From: an uncultured Actinomycetes bacterium
GTDB lineage: Bacteria; Actinomycetota; Actinomycetes; S36-B12; CAIYMF01
Length of the DNA stretch: 32,000 bases
Direction of reading: 5' to 3'
NCBI GenBank assembly: GCA_963843975.1
Contig: CAWJMG010000003.1
Coordinates: 210,001-242,000 of the forward strand
Positions 9,185-18,282 of this stretch are shown here, piece after piece. The notes under the pieces were generated by a model, which saw only the letters and a program-made list of their open reading frames with translations, did not search any database and was not told the DNA's origin. The position numbers were made by a program, and so were the translations under genes. Numbering within the stretch: position 1 is the first letter of the stretch; each line of letters starts with the position of its first letter.

Positions 9185-9642
9185 GCGGTGGGCTCCAGGT
9201 CGTGGGCGAGGCGGGTCATGAGGTGGGCGAGCGTGGCCCGGTCCGCGTCGGACCAGTCCCGGGTCGCCGAGGCGATCAGCTCGGTGCGGGCGCGGACGGC
9301 GCGGTCGAGCGCGTCGCGTCCGGAGTCGGACAGGTCGAGCAGCGTGGCCCGGCCGTCGGCGGGGTCGGGGGAGCGGGTGACGAGCCTCTGCTCCTCGAGG
9401 CCGCGCAGGTGCCGGCTGACCGTGGACAGGTCGAGGCAGGCGTGGGCAGCGAGGTCGCTCATCCGCACGGGGGCGAGACGGTCGACGTGGGCGAGCAGGA
9501 ACGTGCGGGCAGAGGTGTCGGCGTCGCCGGTGCGGCGTCGCATCTGGGTGATGACCGCGGTGAACGAGCGGAAGAACTCGTCATCCGACCCGTCGGCGTC
9601 AGCACGGGAGGGCCGCGGGAGGTCGGTGGTTGCTTGCGCCAT
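9181..9642 (-). CDS. MarR family transcriptional regulator
   Basis: Track ORF of 153 aa. Winged-helix region VRMSDLAAHACLDLSTVSRHLRGLEEQRLVTRSPDPADGRATLLDLSDSG. ATGA overlap with the MFS start. Confidence 0.9.
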   Translation of the reverse strand: MAQATTDLPRPSRADADGSDDEFFRSFTAVITQMRRRTGDADTSARTFLLAHVDRLAPVRMSDLAAHACLDLSTVSRHLRGLEEQRLVTRSPDPADGRATLLDLSDSGRDALDRAVRARTELIASATRDWSDADRATLAHLMTRLAHDLEPTA

Positions 9643-9677
9643 GCAAGTAATATAGGCGATAAGGCAAGGATGGCCAA
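9633..9677 (-). promoter_or_regulatory. Putative leaderless promoter and operator of the marR-MFS operon
   Basis: On the minus strand: TTGGCC (9672-9677), a 17-nt spacer, TATATT (9649-9654), then 6 nt, then the A of the ATG at 9642. The inverted repeat CTTGC-N5-GCAAG (9633-9647) spans the start codon. Confidence 0.5.
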
Positions 9678-9740
9678 ACCTGCCCGCGGAGCGCAGGCGG
9701 CGTGGTGGCGGCGTCCGCGACGTCGCGTACCCTCGCCCGC

Positions 9741-9935
9741 GTGCGGCTGACGGAGTTGTGGCGACGCCTCGAGGAGGCGCTGGGGGAGGCGTACGCCCGG
9801 TCCTGGGCGGCGGACTTCCACATCACCTCGCTCGGCGGCCTCACCGTGCTGCAGGCCATCGACGCCGGAGTCGAGACCGTCGACATCTGGCGCGCCGTCC
9901 ACGCCACCCTCGCCCTGCCGGCGAACCAGCGCTGA
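9741..9935 (+). CDS. DUF3046 domain protein (conserved recA-upstream gene of Actinobacteria)
   Basis: VRLTELWRRLEEALGEAYARSWAADFHITSLGGLTVLQAIDAGVETVDIWRAVHATL matches my memory of the DUF3046 family. GTG at 9741 is in frame within track ORF 9702..9935. Confidence 0.75.
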   Translation: MRLTELWRRLEEALGEAYARSWAADFHITSLGGLTVLQAIDAGVETVDIWRAVHATLALPANQR

Positions 9936-10010
9936 CGCCGGAACGCCGCCCTCGCGGGTCGCTCGCCGGTGTGGACAGATGTTCGACGTCACCGGCGTGT
10001 CGCTCTAGGA

Positions 10011-10026
10011 TCGAACAGGCGTTCGA
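10011..10026. promoter_or_regulatory. LexA SOS box TCGAAC-AGGC-GTTCGA upstream of recA
   Basis: Perfect match to the actinobacterial consensus TCGAAC-N4-GTTCGA. It abuts a TANNNT hexamer TAGGAT (10006-10011). It lies about 150 nt upstream of the recA ATG. Confidence 0.85.
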
Positions 10027-10178
10027 CCTAGTCTGGGCGCACGCACTCGAGCTCGATCCCCAGGTCGCCCGGCCCGCCGGTCGTCCACAGGGTCCCGGGC
10101 TCGGGCCCGGAGCCGCTGTCGGACCTCGTCCGTAGCGTCGCCGCCATCGTCATCCGCATCACATGAAGGCAGGTCCCC

Positions 10179-11258
10179 ATGGCCCCCTCCAAGACCCCCG
10201 GCGGCTCCGGCAGCTCCGACCGCGAGAAGGCGCTCGACACCGCCCTCGCCCAGATCGAGCGCCAGTTCGGCAAGGGCTCGGTCATGCGCCTCGGCCAGGA
10301 CGGCCGCGCGCCGGTCGAGGTCATCCCGACCGGTTCGGTCGCCCTCGACGTCGCGCTCGGCATCGGCGGGCTGCCCCGCGGCCGCGTCGTGGAGATCTAC
10401 GGCCCCGAGTCCAGCGGCAAGACCACGCTGGCCCTGCACGCGATCGCCAACGCGCAGAAGGCCGGCGGCATCGCCGCGATCATCGACGCCGAGCACGCGC
10501 TCGACCCCGAGTACGCCAAGGCCCTCGGCGTCGACATCGACGCCCTCCTGGTCAGCCAGCCCGACAACGGCGAGCAGGCCCTCGAGATCGCCGACATGCT
10601 GATCCGTTCCGGCGCCGTCAGCATCATCGTCATCGACTCCGTGGCCGCCCTCGTGCCGCGCGCGGAGATCGAGGGCGAGATGGGCGACAGCCACGTCGGC
10701 CTCCAGGCCCGCCTCATGAGCCAGGCGCTGCGCAAGCTCGCCGGCGCCCTGTCGAACTCCAACACCACCGCGATCTTCATCAACCAGCTGCGCGAGAAGA
10801 TCGGCGTGATGTTCGGCTCGCCCGAGACCACCACCGGTGGCAAGGCGCTGAAGTTCTACGCGTCGGTCCGCCTCGACGTGCGTCGCATCGAGACGCTCAA
10901 GGACGGCACCGAGGCCGTGGGCAACCGCACCCGCGTCAAGGTCGTGAAGAACAAGATGGCCCCGCCCTTCAAGCAGGCCGAGTTCGACATGATCTACGGC
11001 GAGGGCATCTCCCGCGAGGGCAGCCTGATCGACATGGGCGTCGAGCACGGCTTCGTCCGCAAGTCCGGCGCCTGGTACACCTACGAGGGCGACCAGCTCG
11101 GTCAGGGCAAGGAGAACGCCCGCACCTTCCTGAAGGACAACCCGGACCTCTCCGACGAGCTCGAGCGCAAGATCCTCGCCAAGCTCGGCATCGGGGCCCC
11201 GCTCGCCGACGAGATCGCCGACATCGTCATCCCCGACGTCGTCCCGATCGACCTCTAG
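10179..11258 (+). CDS. recA: Recombinase RecA
   Basis: Track ORF of 359 aa. [60 protein letters not shown]. No intein. Confidence 0.99.
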   Translation: MAPSKTPGGSGSSDREKALDTALAQIERQFGKGSVMRLGQDGRAPVEVIPTGSVALDVALGIGGLPRGRVVEIYGPESSGKTTLALHAIANAQKAGGIAAIIDAEHALDPEYAKALGVDIDALLVSQPDNGEQALEIADMLIRSGAVSIIVIDSVAALVPRAEIEGEMGDSHVGLQARLMSQALRKLAGALSNSNTTAIFINQLREKIGVMFGSPETTTGGKALKFYASVRLDVRRIETLKDGTEAVGNRTRVKVVKNKMAPPFKQAEFDMIYGEGISREGSLIDMGVEHGFVRKSGAWYTYEGDQLGQGKENARTFLKDNPDLSDELERKILAKLGIGAPLADEIADIVIPDVVPIDL

Positions 11259-11264
11259 GCACGG

Positions 11265-11876
11265 ATGTCCCTCTCACGACGTGCATCGGCCGCGGGCCCC
11301 ACTCCGGGGTCGTCGGCCGACGACGTTCCCGACGCCGATCCGCTCGACGTCGCCCGCTCGATCTGCCTGTCGCAGCTGGCGATGGGGCCGCGCACCCGCG
11401 GCCAGCTCGCCACCGTCCTGCGCCGCCGCGGCATCGAGGACGACATCGCCGCGCAGGTGCTCGACCGGTTCGAGGAGGTCGCGCTCGTCGACGACGCCGC
11501 GTTCTCGGAGAACTACGTCCAGCGCCGGCACGCGTCGTCCGGTCTCGCCCGTCGCGCCCTCGGTCACGAGCTGCGCAGCAAGGGTGTGAGCGAGGAGGTC
11601 GTCTCCGAGGCGCTCGACACCCTCGCTCCCGAGGACGAGCTCGCCACGGCCCAGGCGCTGGTGGCCAAGAAGATGTCCTCGACGAAGAGGCTCGACGTCG
11701 AGACCCGCACGCGGCGCCTCGTGGGGATGCTCGCGCGCAAGGGCTACTCCGGCGGCGTGGCGATGCGGGTGGTGCGCGACGCGATCGCGGCCGAGAGCCA
11801 GCTCGACTCGCTCGAGCGCTCCTTCCTCGAGGGGCTCGACTCCGAGCTGTCGGACGCCGCCCGCGTGGGGGAGTAG
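11265..11876 (+). CDS. recX: Recombination regulator RecX
   Basis: Track ORF of 203 aa immediately after recA. Repeated helical RecX-type modules (ARSICLSQLAMGPRTRGQLATVLRRRGI..., ...RRALGHELRSKGV...). Confidence 0.9.
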   Translation: MSLSRRASAAGPTPGSSADDVPDADPLDVARSICLSQLAMGPRTRGQLATVLRRRGIEDDIAAQVLDRFEEVALVDDAAFSENYVQRRHASSGLARRALGHELRSKGVSEEVVSEALDTLAPEDELATAQALVAKKMSSTKRLDVETRTRRLVGMLARKGYSGGVAMRVVRDAIAAESQLDSLERSFLEGLDSELSDAARVGE

Positions 11877-11879
11877 GCG

Positions 11880-12569
11880 CTAGGCCGAGGCGCTGGGCGC
11901 GGCGTCGTCCACGCACCCGCCGTGGCCTGCGGCGAACTTCGCCGCGACGAGCTGGGCCATCTCCGGGTTCGCCCGGGCGAACTCCGTCATGGCCAGGCCC
12001 GGAAGGTCGTCGAGGCGCTTCTGCACCGTCTCGGCCAGCCGTCGCATGAGCACGGCGAGCTGCTCGACGTCCTCCCGCTCCCACTCCGAGAGCAGGATGC
12101 GGGTGAAGAAGCGCGAGATCGCGGTGGTGTCGGCGACCACGGCGCGGCCGAGGTCGGTGAGCTCCACCGTCGTACGCCGACGGTCGGCCGGGTCCACGCC
12201 GCGCAGCACGAGGCCGTCGTGCTCGACATCGCCGAGCAGGCGGCTCACGGTCGAGTGCTCGAGGTCGAGCTCTTCGGCGACGTCCTTGACCGAGACCACG
12301 CCGTTGCGCTCGAAGAGCTCGGACACGGCGTCGCATGCGAAGACCTTGGCCATGTCGACCTGGCGGCCGAGCGCGGGCACCGGCACCTGGCCGGCGGGCG
12401 GGCGGATCATCGACTTGCGCAGCTTGCGGAAGGATCGGTCGAGCGCGTCGACGAGGTCGTCCGGCAGGTGGGCCCCGGCCATGTCGGGGGACGGCTCGGG
12501 CACGCGCGGCAGCGCCTCGAGGGCGGCCGTGGCCGCCTCTTCGGGGGACTTCCCGCGTGCGCTGCTCAT
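11880..12569 (-). CDS. MarR-like transcriptional regulator
   Basis: VSVKDVAEELDLEHSTVSRLLGDVEHDGLVLRGVDPADRRRTTVELTDLGR. Start chosen at the internal ATG 12569, preceded by GAAGGTGAGGAC. Divergent from mmpL. Confidence 0.75.
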   Translation of the reverse strand: MSSARGKSPEEAATAALEALPRVPEPSPDMAGAHLPDDLVDALDRSFRKLRKSMIRPPAGQVPVPALGRQVDMAKVFACDAVSELFERNGVVSVKDVAEELDLEHSTVSRLLGDVEHDGLVLRGVDPADRRRTTVELTDLGRAVVADTTAISRFFTRILLSEWEREDVEQLAVLMRRLAETVQKRLDDLPGLAMTEFARANPEMAQLVAAKFAAGHGGCVDDAAPSASA

Positions 12570-12595
12570 GTCCTCACCTTCGGCCGCATTCCGGT

Positions 12596-12660
12596 TTGCG
12601 TGTGTCGCACACATACTTTACCGTACGAGGTACGTGTGTAGCACATGCAACTGTGCTCAC
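12596..12660. promoter_or_regulatory. AT-richer divergent promoter/operator region with three short palindromes
   Basis: TGTGT-CGC-ACACA (12601-12613), CGTAC-GAG-GTACG (12622-12634), AGCACA-TGCAAC-TGTGCT (12640-12657). Confidence 0.45.
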
Positions 12661-12710
12661 GCCTCTCGGCCACCGGGCCGAGGGGGACCCGTTCGAAGGA
12701 ACTCGCAGTC

Positions 12711-15152
12711 ATGGGTGGTCTGTCCCGCTGGGCAGTGCGCAAGCCGTGGTGGGCGCTTCTGGCGTTCATCGTCCTGGCCGGTGTCATCGGCTTCCTCGGC
12801 AGTGCCAAGGGGGGTGAGCTGAAGGACTCCTTCGAGCTCCCCGACACCGAGTCGCTCCAGGCCCAGCAGCTGCTCGAGCAGCTCCCGGCCGGCACCGGCG
12901 GCGACGTCAACGCCATCACCGCCACCGTCGTGTGGTCGCCTGACGCCGCTGGTGCGCCTGCGGTCGACCCGGCCACCTCCGACGTGATCACCGGGATGCT
13001 CACGACCATCTCCAAGGTCGACGGCGTCAGCTGCGTCACCAACCCGTTCGACCAGACCGGCAAGAGCCTCGGCACCGCGTGCCCACCGGCCCAGGGCCCG
13101 CCGGACCTCTCCCAGGTGCCGGCCGAGCAGCAGGACGCCTTCAAGGCGGCGCTGCTGGCCTCGCAGCAGGCGCTGTCGCCGGTCTCGGCCGACGGCCACG
13201 TGGCCAAGGCCACCATCACGTTCGACGGCGGCCCGAAGGGTGACGAGGTCTCCACCGAGACCGCCAAGGCCGTCATCGACGCCGTCAAGGCCGCCAACGC
13301 CACCGACGGCATCGCTGTCGGCGCCAGCGGCCAGGTGCTCGCGTTCGCCGGCCAGGAGCCGCCGAGCTCGGAGGGCATCGGCATGCTCGTCGCCCTCGTC
13401 ATCCTGCTCATCGCGTTCGGCTCGTTCGTCGCCGCCGGTCTCCCGCTCATCACCGCCGGCTTCGGCGTGGGTCTGGGCGCGAGCCTCCTGCTGTTCGTCG
13501 CGAACTTCTACGACGTCGCCACCTTCGCCCCGACCCTCGCGGCGATGATCGGTCTCGGCGTCGGCATCGACTACTCGCTCTTCGTCATCAACCGCTTCCG
13601 CCAGGCGATCCTCGCCGGCCACGAGCCGAAGAAGGCCGCCCTCGAGGCGGTCAACACCTCCGGCCGCGCCGTCGTGTTCGCGGCGTCCACCGTGATCATC
13701 GGCCTGCTCGGCCTGTTGTTCATGGGCATCGGCTTCTTCACCGGTCTCGCCTTCGCCGCTGCCGGCACGGTCGTGCTGGTGATGCTCTCGGCCGTGTGGC
13801 TGCTGCCTGCGCTGCTCAGCCTCATGGGCCGTCGCGCCGTCGCCCCGCTGTCGATGTCGATCGCGGACGGGCTCGAGAAGATCAAGCTGCGCCCGATCGC
13901 CGTGCCGTTCCGTGCCGTGTACAAGCTCACGCGGCACTACCGGCTCACCCAGGAGTTCCACCCCGAGGGTGGCCGCTGGGCCCACTACGGCCGCCTCATC
14001 CAGAAGCGCCCGATCGTCCCGGCGATCCTGTCGCTCGGCCTCGTGCTGCTGCTCGCCGTCCCGGCGCTCAGCCTGCGCCTCGGCTTCCCGGACGACTCCG
14101 GTACGCCGGAGGGCAGCATCAGCCGCATCGCGTACGACCTGCAGTCCGAGGGCTTCGGCCCCGGCTCCAACGGCCCGTTCCTGGTCGCGGTGCAGCTGCC
14201 GCAGAACGGCGACGTACAGAGCCTCGGCACCATCGTCGGCGCGCTCGAGAAGACCGAGGGTGTCGCCTCTGTCGTGCCGAGCACGGCGATGCTGCCGCTC
14301 ATGGGTGCGCAGCTGAAGGACTCCAACGTCACGGCGATCCAGGTCGTGCCCACCACCGGGCCGCAGGACGTCAAGACCGACGAGCTGCTCGACCGCCTGC
14401 GCACCGAGACGCTGCCGCCTGTCCGCGAGTCGACCGGCTCCGAGGCCTACGTCGGCGGCGCGACCGCGATCGTGTCCGACTTCAGCTCGGTGCTGACCAA
14501 GGCGATGCCGCTGTTCCTCAGCGTCGTGGTCGGGCTCGGCTTCATCATGCTGCTGATCCTGTTCCGCTCCGCGGTCGTCTCGCTCACCGCCGTGATCACG
14601 TCGCTGCTGAGCTTCGCGGCGTCCACCGGCATCACCGTGGCGGTGTTCCAGTGGGGCTGGCTCAACGGCGTCCTTGGCGTCACGGGAACGGGCCCGATCT
14701 TCCCGTTCCTGCCCGTCATGGTGTTCGCCATCCTGTTCGGCCTCTCGATGGACTACCACGTCTTCCTCGTGAGCCGGATGCAGGAGGAGTGGTCGCGCAC
14801 GCACGACAACGCGGTCGCCGTACGCCGTGGCATCGCCGGCTCGGGCAAGGTCGTCCTCATGGCCGCGCTGATCATGTTCAGCGTGTTCGCCGCCTTCATC
14901 CCGACGCCGAACAACACGATCAAGCTCTTCGGCGTGGCCCTCGCCTCGGCGGTCCTGGTGGACGCGTTCCTCATCCGCCTGGTCTTCGTGCCCTCGCTCA
15001 TGTCGATGCTCGGCACCGCCAACTGGTGGCTGCCGTCGTGGCTGGCCGACCGCCTGCCGCACTTCGACGTCGAGGGTGGCTCGGACGAGATCGCCGACGA
15101 CGAGGAGCCCGATTCGGTGGGCGGCGAAAGGGAACCTGCAGAGGTTCGCTGA
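12711..15152 (+). CDS. MMPL family (RND superfamily) membrane transporter
   Basis: Track ORF 12645..15152, with start chosen at ATG 12711 (AAGGAA upstream). Two MMPL repeats: DYSLFVINRFRQA and GLSMDYHVFLVSRMQEE. Confidence 0.9.
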   Translation: MGGLSRWAVRKPWWALLAFIVLAGVIGFLGSAKGGELKDSFELPDTESLQAQQLLEQLPAGTGGDVNAITATVVWSPDAAGAPAVDPATSDVITGMLTTISKVDGVSCVTNPFDQTGKSLGTACPPAQGPPDLSQVPAEQQDAFKAALLASQQALSPVSADGHVAKATITFDGGPKGDEVSTETAKAVIDAVKAANATDGIAVGASGQVLAFAGQEPPSSEGIGMLVALVILLIAFGSFVAAGLPLITAGFGVGLGASLLLFVANFYDVATFAPTLAAMIGLGVGIDYSLFVINRFRQAILAGHEPKKAALEAVNTSGRAVVFAASTVIIGLLGLLFMGIGFFTGLAFAAAGTVVLVMLSAVWLLPALLSLMGRRAVAPLSMSIADGLEKIKLRPIAVPFRAVYKLTRHYRLTQEFHPEGGRWAHYGRLIQKRPIVPAILSLGLVLLLAVPALSLRLGFPDDSGTPEGSISRIAYDLQSEGFGPGSNGPFLVAVQLPQNGDVQSLGTIVGALEKTEGVASVVPSTAMLPLMGAQLKDSNVTAIQVVPTTGPQDVKTDELLDRLRTETLPPVRESTGSEAYVGGATAIVSDFSSVLTKAMPLFLSVVVGLGFIMLLILFRSAVVSLTAVITSLLSFAASTGITVAVFQWGWLNGVLGVTGTGPIFPFLPVMVFAILFGLSMDYHVFLVSRMQEEWSRTHDNAVAVRRGIAGSGKVVLMAALIMFSVFAAFIPTPNNTIKLFGVALASAVLVDAFLIRLVFVPSLMSMLGTANWWLPSWLADRLPHFDVEGGSDEIADDEEPDSVGGEREPAEVR

Positions 15153-15164
15153 CGTCATACTGAC

Positions 15165-15190
15165 GGCGGCCGAGCGAAGGCTCGGCTGCC
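15165..15190 (+). terminator. Stem-loop (11 bp with one G-U pair, GAAG loop) 13 nt after the mmpL stop
   Basis: GGCGGCCGAGC-GAAG-GCTCGGCTGCC, read directly. No U-tract. Confidence 0.5.
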
Positions 15191-15212
15191 CGCACGCGAA
15201 GACCCGGGGGAA

Positions 15213-15262
15213 GTGCGACATCGTCTGTCGCACGGCAACGGGGGAGTCGTGCGACAGACGAT
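15213..15262. promoter_or_regulatory. Three-segment inverted-repeat element (alternative hairpins) upstream of the VOC gene
   Basis: Segment 2 ATCGTCTGTCGCACG (15220-15234) is the exact reverse complement of segment 3 CGTGCGACAGACGAT (15248-15262). Segment 1 GTGCGACA (15213-15220) can instead pair with TGTCGCAC (15226-15233). Confidence 0.45.
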
Positions 15263-15365
15263 CGAGGCCCGGAACACCCGCACCCGCGAGGGTGAGCGTT
15301 CCGGGCCTCGGTGTGTCCGGGGCCGGGTCCGGCGCCCGGGTGCCGGCGCGGGGGAGCATGGCGGC

Positions 15366-15770
15366 ATGAGCCGCCGCGGGACCCTCCACCACCTCGAGCT
15401 GTGGGTGCCGGACCTCGTGCGGGCCGAGGCGTCGTGGGGCTGGCTGCTGGGCCGCCTCGGCTACACCCTCGTGCGTCGCTGGCCGGCCGGGCAGTCCTGG
15501 GAGCTGGGCACGTCGTACGTCTCGATCGAGTCGGGGCCCGACGTCGTCCTCGCGGGGCACGAGCGCACCCGGCCGGGTATGAACCACCTGGCCTTCTGGG
15601 GCGGCAGCCGCGCCGAGGTCGACGAGATCGTCGTCGAGGCCGGGCACCACGGCTGGACCCTGATGTTCGTCGACCGGCACCCGTACGCCGGGGGCGAGGG
15701 GCACTACGCGGCCTACCTCGAGGACGTCGACGGCTATGAGGTCGAGCTCGTCGCAGACCCCGCTCGGTGA
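15366..15770 (+). CDS. VOC (glyoxalase/bleomycin-resistance/dioxygenase fold) family protein
   Basis: Internal ATG of track ORF 15213..15770 with GGGGAG upstream. LHHLELWVPDL...MNHLAFWG...YLEDVDGYEVELV. Confidence 0.75.
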   Translation: MSRRGTLHHLELWVPDLVRAEASWGWLLGRLGYTLVRRWPAGQSWELGTSYVSIESGPDVVLAGHERTRPGMNHLAFWGGSRAEVDEIVVEAGHHGWTLMFVDRHPYAGGEGHYAAYLEDVDGYEVELVADPAR

Positions 15771-15772
15771 CA

Positions 15773-15819
15773 CTGATCAATCCGTCGCTTCCGGCATGGG
15801 GAAACGACGGATTGATCAG
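15773..15819. terminator. Perfect 15-bp inverted repeat with a 17-nt loop, between convergent genes
   Basis: CTGATCAATCCGTCG (15773-15787) / CGACGGATTGATCAG (15805-15819). Confidence 0.55.
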
Positions 15820-15833
15820 GGTGAGCGGGAGGG

Positions 15834-17909
15834 CTAGGTGTTGAGCGCGGCCTTCTTGACGAAGTTCGCGAAGTACGGCTTGCCCTGCTCGGTGAGGTGC
15901 AGGCCGTCTTTGAACCAGCCGGTCTTGCCGTCGGAGTACGACCGCCAGTCGGCGAGCACGACGTTGTCGTGGCGCGAGGCCACCGCGGCCATCACCTGGT
16001 TGCTGGGCTTCACCCACGCGAACCGCGCGGTCGAGGTGACGAGCACGACGCGCGCCTCGTCGCCGAGCTGGGCGAGCGTGGCCTCGAGCCGGTCCTCGGA
16101 GACCGGTCCGGCCGTGCCCATGTGCATGACCACGATCGGCCTGAGGCGGCCGTTGGCCTTGCTGGCCAGGACGGCGCCCTGGATGTTGGCCGGTGAGCGG
16201 TTGAGCGCGGCGTCGAGGGATACGCCGGGGAGCAGCGAGCGCAGGACGTCGACCGACCAGAGCGTGACGGAGTCGCCGTACCAGCTGATGTCGGCGGTGC
16301 CGAGGCCGGCGGTCGAGCGCTTCTCGCCCGGCGGCAGGACGACCGGCGGGGCCGAGCTCGCGCTGGGCTTGGGGGTCGGTTTGGCCGAGGGCTTGCTCGA
16401 GGTCTTCGACGAAGGCTTGCTGCTCGGCTTCGTGCTCGCGGTCGCGTTGGTGCTCGGCGATGCTGCGGGCGAGGAGTCGTCGGAGATCGCGTCGGTCGAG
16501 CCGTAGGTGCCGTACGCCTCGGCCACAGGGTCGGCCTTGGGCAGTGTCGTGAACGTGGCCACGAGCAGCGCGACGACACCGGTGGTGGCCAGCAGCGTCA
16601 CGACCGTGCCGCGCCGGCGCGGGACGACGGCCTCGACCACGCCCTCGGTGCGGGCGCGCGAGCGCATCGCGGCGAACGCCTTGCCGATGGCGCCGTGGCG
16701 GATCGGGACCTCGACGTAGCGGTACGACAGCGCCGCGACGACGAGCGTGAGCGCGACCCGGCCGAGGTCGACGAGGGGACCCTCCCACGGCACGTCCAGG
16801 CCTGGGCGCGTCATGAGGAAGATAGGCCAGTGCCAGAGGTAGATGCCGTACGACCGCTCGCCGACCCAGCGCAGCGGCGGCACGTCGAGGACCCGGCCGA
16901 CAGGTGCACCCGGGTGCGTGGCCGCGGCGATGAAGAGGGCGAAGATCGCTGCAGCGAGAAGGAATCCGCCGCGGTAGAGCCACGGGGTGTACTCGGTGAC
17001 CGTGAGGAACAGCCACACGGTCAGGCCGAGGCCGAGGACGCCACCGCCGATGATCGCGGTGCGCGCGCCGGCGGGGATGACCGTGCGGAAGTGCGCCGGG
17101 CGCCACACCGCGGCGAGCGCAGCGCCGATGAGGACCGACATCGCGTGCGTGTCGGTGCCGAAGTAGACGCGGGTGGGGTCTGTGTCGAGCGGCATGCCTC
17201 GCGAGATCGAGAGCGCGGCCATCCAGATGGTCGAGAGGATCGCGCCGCCGAGGGCGACGACGAGCACGGTGCGCCGCCGGGACAGGCCGCGCCGGTTGGC
17301 GAACCAGCAGATGCCGCCGAGCATCACGGGCCACAGCAGGTAGAACTGCTCCTCGACCGCCAGCGACCACAGGTGCGCGAGCACGTTGCCGCGGCCGATG
17401 AGCTCGAAGTACGACTGCTCCTGACCGAGCGCCCACCAGTTGCTGATGTAGAGCGCGGCGCCGGGGAGGTCGCGCAGGAACTGGTCGGCGACGTCGGTCG
17501 CGATCGTCGAGACCAGGATCGCGGTGCCCACGAGCATCAGGACGAGCGCGGGCAGCAGGCGCCGGGCGCGGCGGAGGTAGAAGCCCGTGAAGTCGATGCG
17601 GCCGCGGACGCCGATCTCGGTGAGCAGCAGCGTGGTGATGAGGAAGCCGCTGATGACGAAGAAGAGGTCGACGCCGAGGAAGCCGCCCGGGAGCCACTCG
17701 ACGCCCAGGTGGTAGATGACGACGGCGGTGACGGCGATCGCGCGGAGGCCGTCGAGCCCCCCGATCCGGCTCGCGGGGCCCGGAGTGCTCGCGTGGCGGT
17801 GCCGCCGCGGCGTCCGGGCCTCGTCGCCGGGGACGGCGGTCGGGCGGGGGCGGGGAGGTGCTGCGGAGCCGTGGTCGAGCGCGGTGGCCGCGTGAGGGGA
17901 CGACGTCAT
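15834..17909 (-). CDS. Acyltransferase family 3 membrane protein with a C-terminal SGNH-hydrolase-like domain (OafA/YrhL-like)
   Basis: Track ORF of 691 aa. LDGLRAIAVTAVVIYHL and about 10 TM helices. A Ser/Lys/Pro-rich linker (STKPSSKPSSKTSSKPSAKPTPKPS) precedes a C-terminal soluble domain. Confidence 0.85.
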   Translation of the reverse strand: MTSSPHAATALDHGSAAPPRPRPTAVPGDEARTPRRHRHASTPGPASRIGGLDGLRAIAVTAVVIYHLGVEWLPGGFLGVDLFFVISGFLITTLLLTEIGVRGRIDFTGFYLRRARRLLPALVLMLVGTAILVSTIATDVADQFLRDLPGAALYISNWWALGQEQSYFELIGRGNVLAHLWSLAVEEQFYLLWPVMLGGICWFANRRGLSRRRTVLVVALGGAILSTIWMAALSISRGMPLDTDPTRVYFGTDTHAMSVLIGAALAAVWRPAHFRTVIPAGARTAIIGGGVLGLGLTVWLFLTVTEYTPWLYRGGFLLAAAIFALFIAAATHPGAPVGRVLDVPPLRWVGERSYGIYLWHWPIFLMTRPGLDVPWEGPLVDLGRVALTLVVAALSYRYVEVPIRHGAIGKAFAAMRSRARTEGVVEAVVPRRRGTVVTLLATTGVVALLVATFTTLPKADPVAEAYGTYGSTDAISDDSSPAASPSTNATASTKPSSKPSSKTSSKPSAKPTPKPSASSAPPVVLPPGEKRSTAGLGTADISWYGDSVTLWSVDVLRSLLPGVSLDAALNRSPANIQGAVLASKANGRLRPIVVMHMGTAGPVSEDRLEATLAQLGDEARVVLVTSTARFAWVKPSNQVMAAVASRHDNVVLADWRSYSDGKTGWFKDGLHLTEQGKPYFANFVKKAALNT

Positions 17910-18214
17910 GCACGCACCGCCGCGAGGACGGTCGTGGGGCTGGGGTCGGGCAGCCGGGGGCTGCTCAGCGCCGCACGCTGGGGCATGGGGTTCCCTCCGG
18001 CAGCAAGCCTAGGGCGCCGTGCTCTGGCCGACCGCGACCGCCCGAGCGAGCGCGGGGCGGTGTCGCACGTCGGACGTGGGCGCGCGGACACCCGTTCCGC
18101 ACGGTGCGGGGGTCGCGCGGCGACCCCGGCCACGGCGTCGGCCCGCGCGGCGGCCGGCCGGGGCGTAGCCTCTCCGGAGCCGAGCGCCCCCGGGCGCCGG
18201 CCCGAACTGCGCAC

Positions 18215-18282
18215 AGAGCACGACCCGACAGCACGTCCCGAGAGCACGACTGACGCACCACTGACTGCACGCTGACGGCCCC
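18215..18282. repeat. Phased short direct repeats upstream of rny
   Basis: AGCACG at 18217, 18230 and 18243 (13-nt spacing), with AGAGCACGAC exact at 18215 and 18241. These are followed by an 11-nt tandem CTGACGCACCA / CTGACTGCACG / CTGACGGCCCC (18250-18282). Confidence 0.6.

Noticed and set aside
9996-10011. PafBC / RecA-NDp type promoter motif (TGTCRGTG-N8-TANNNT, recalled from mycobacteria) upstream of recA
   Set aside because: TGTCGCTC is followed immediately by TAGGAT (0-nt rather than 8-nt spacing), and the last three bases differ from the recalled consensus. Only the LexA box is convincing. At 12603, TGTCGCAC-N8-TACCGT has the right spacing but again differs in the core, so I did not call it.
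12657-15773. 1038-aa ORF on the minus strand
   Set aside because: It is antisense to the well-supported MMPL transporter and VOC gene. Its translation is low-complexity and rich in Arg/Asp/Glu/Gly/His. Long antisense ORFs are expected at this GC content because stop codons are rare.
14998-17913. 971-aa ORF on the minus strand
   Set aside because: It is off-frame relative to the acyltransferase (15834..17909), which has clear AT3 motifs and TM helices. This ORF is Arg/Pro-rich with no recognisable motif.
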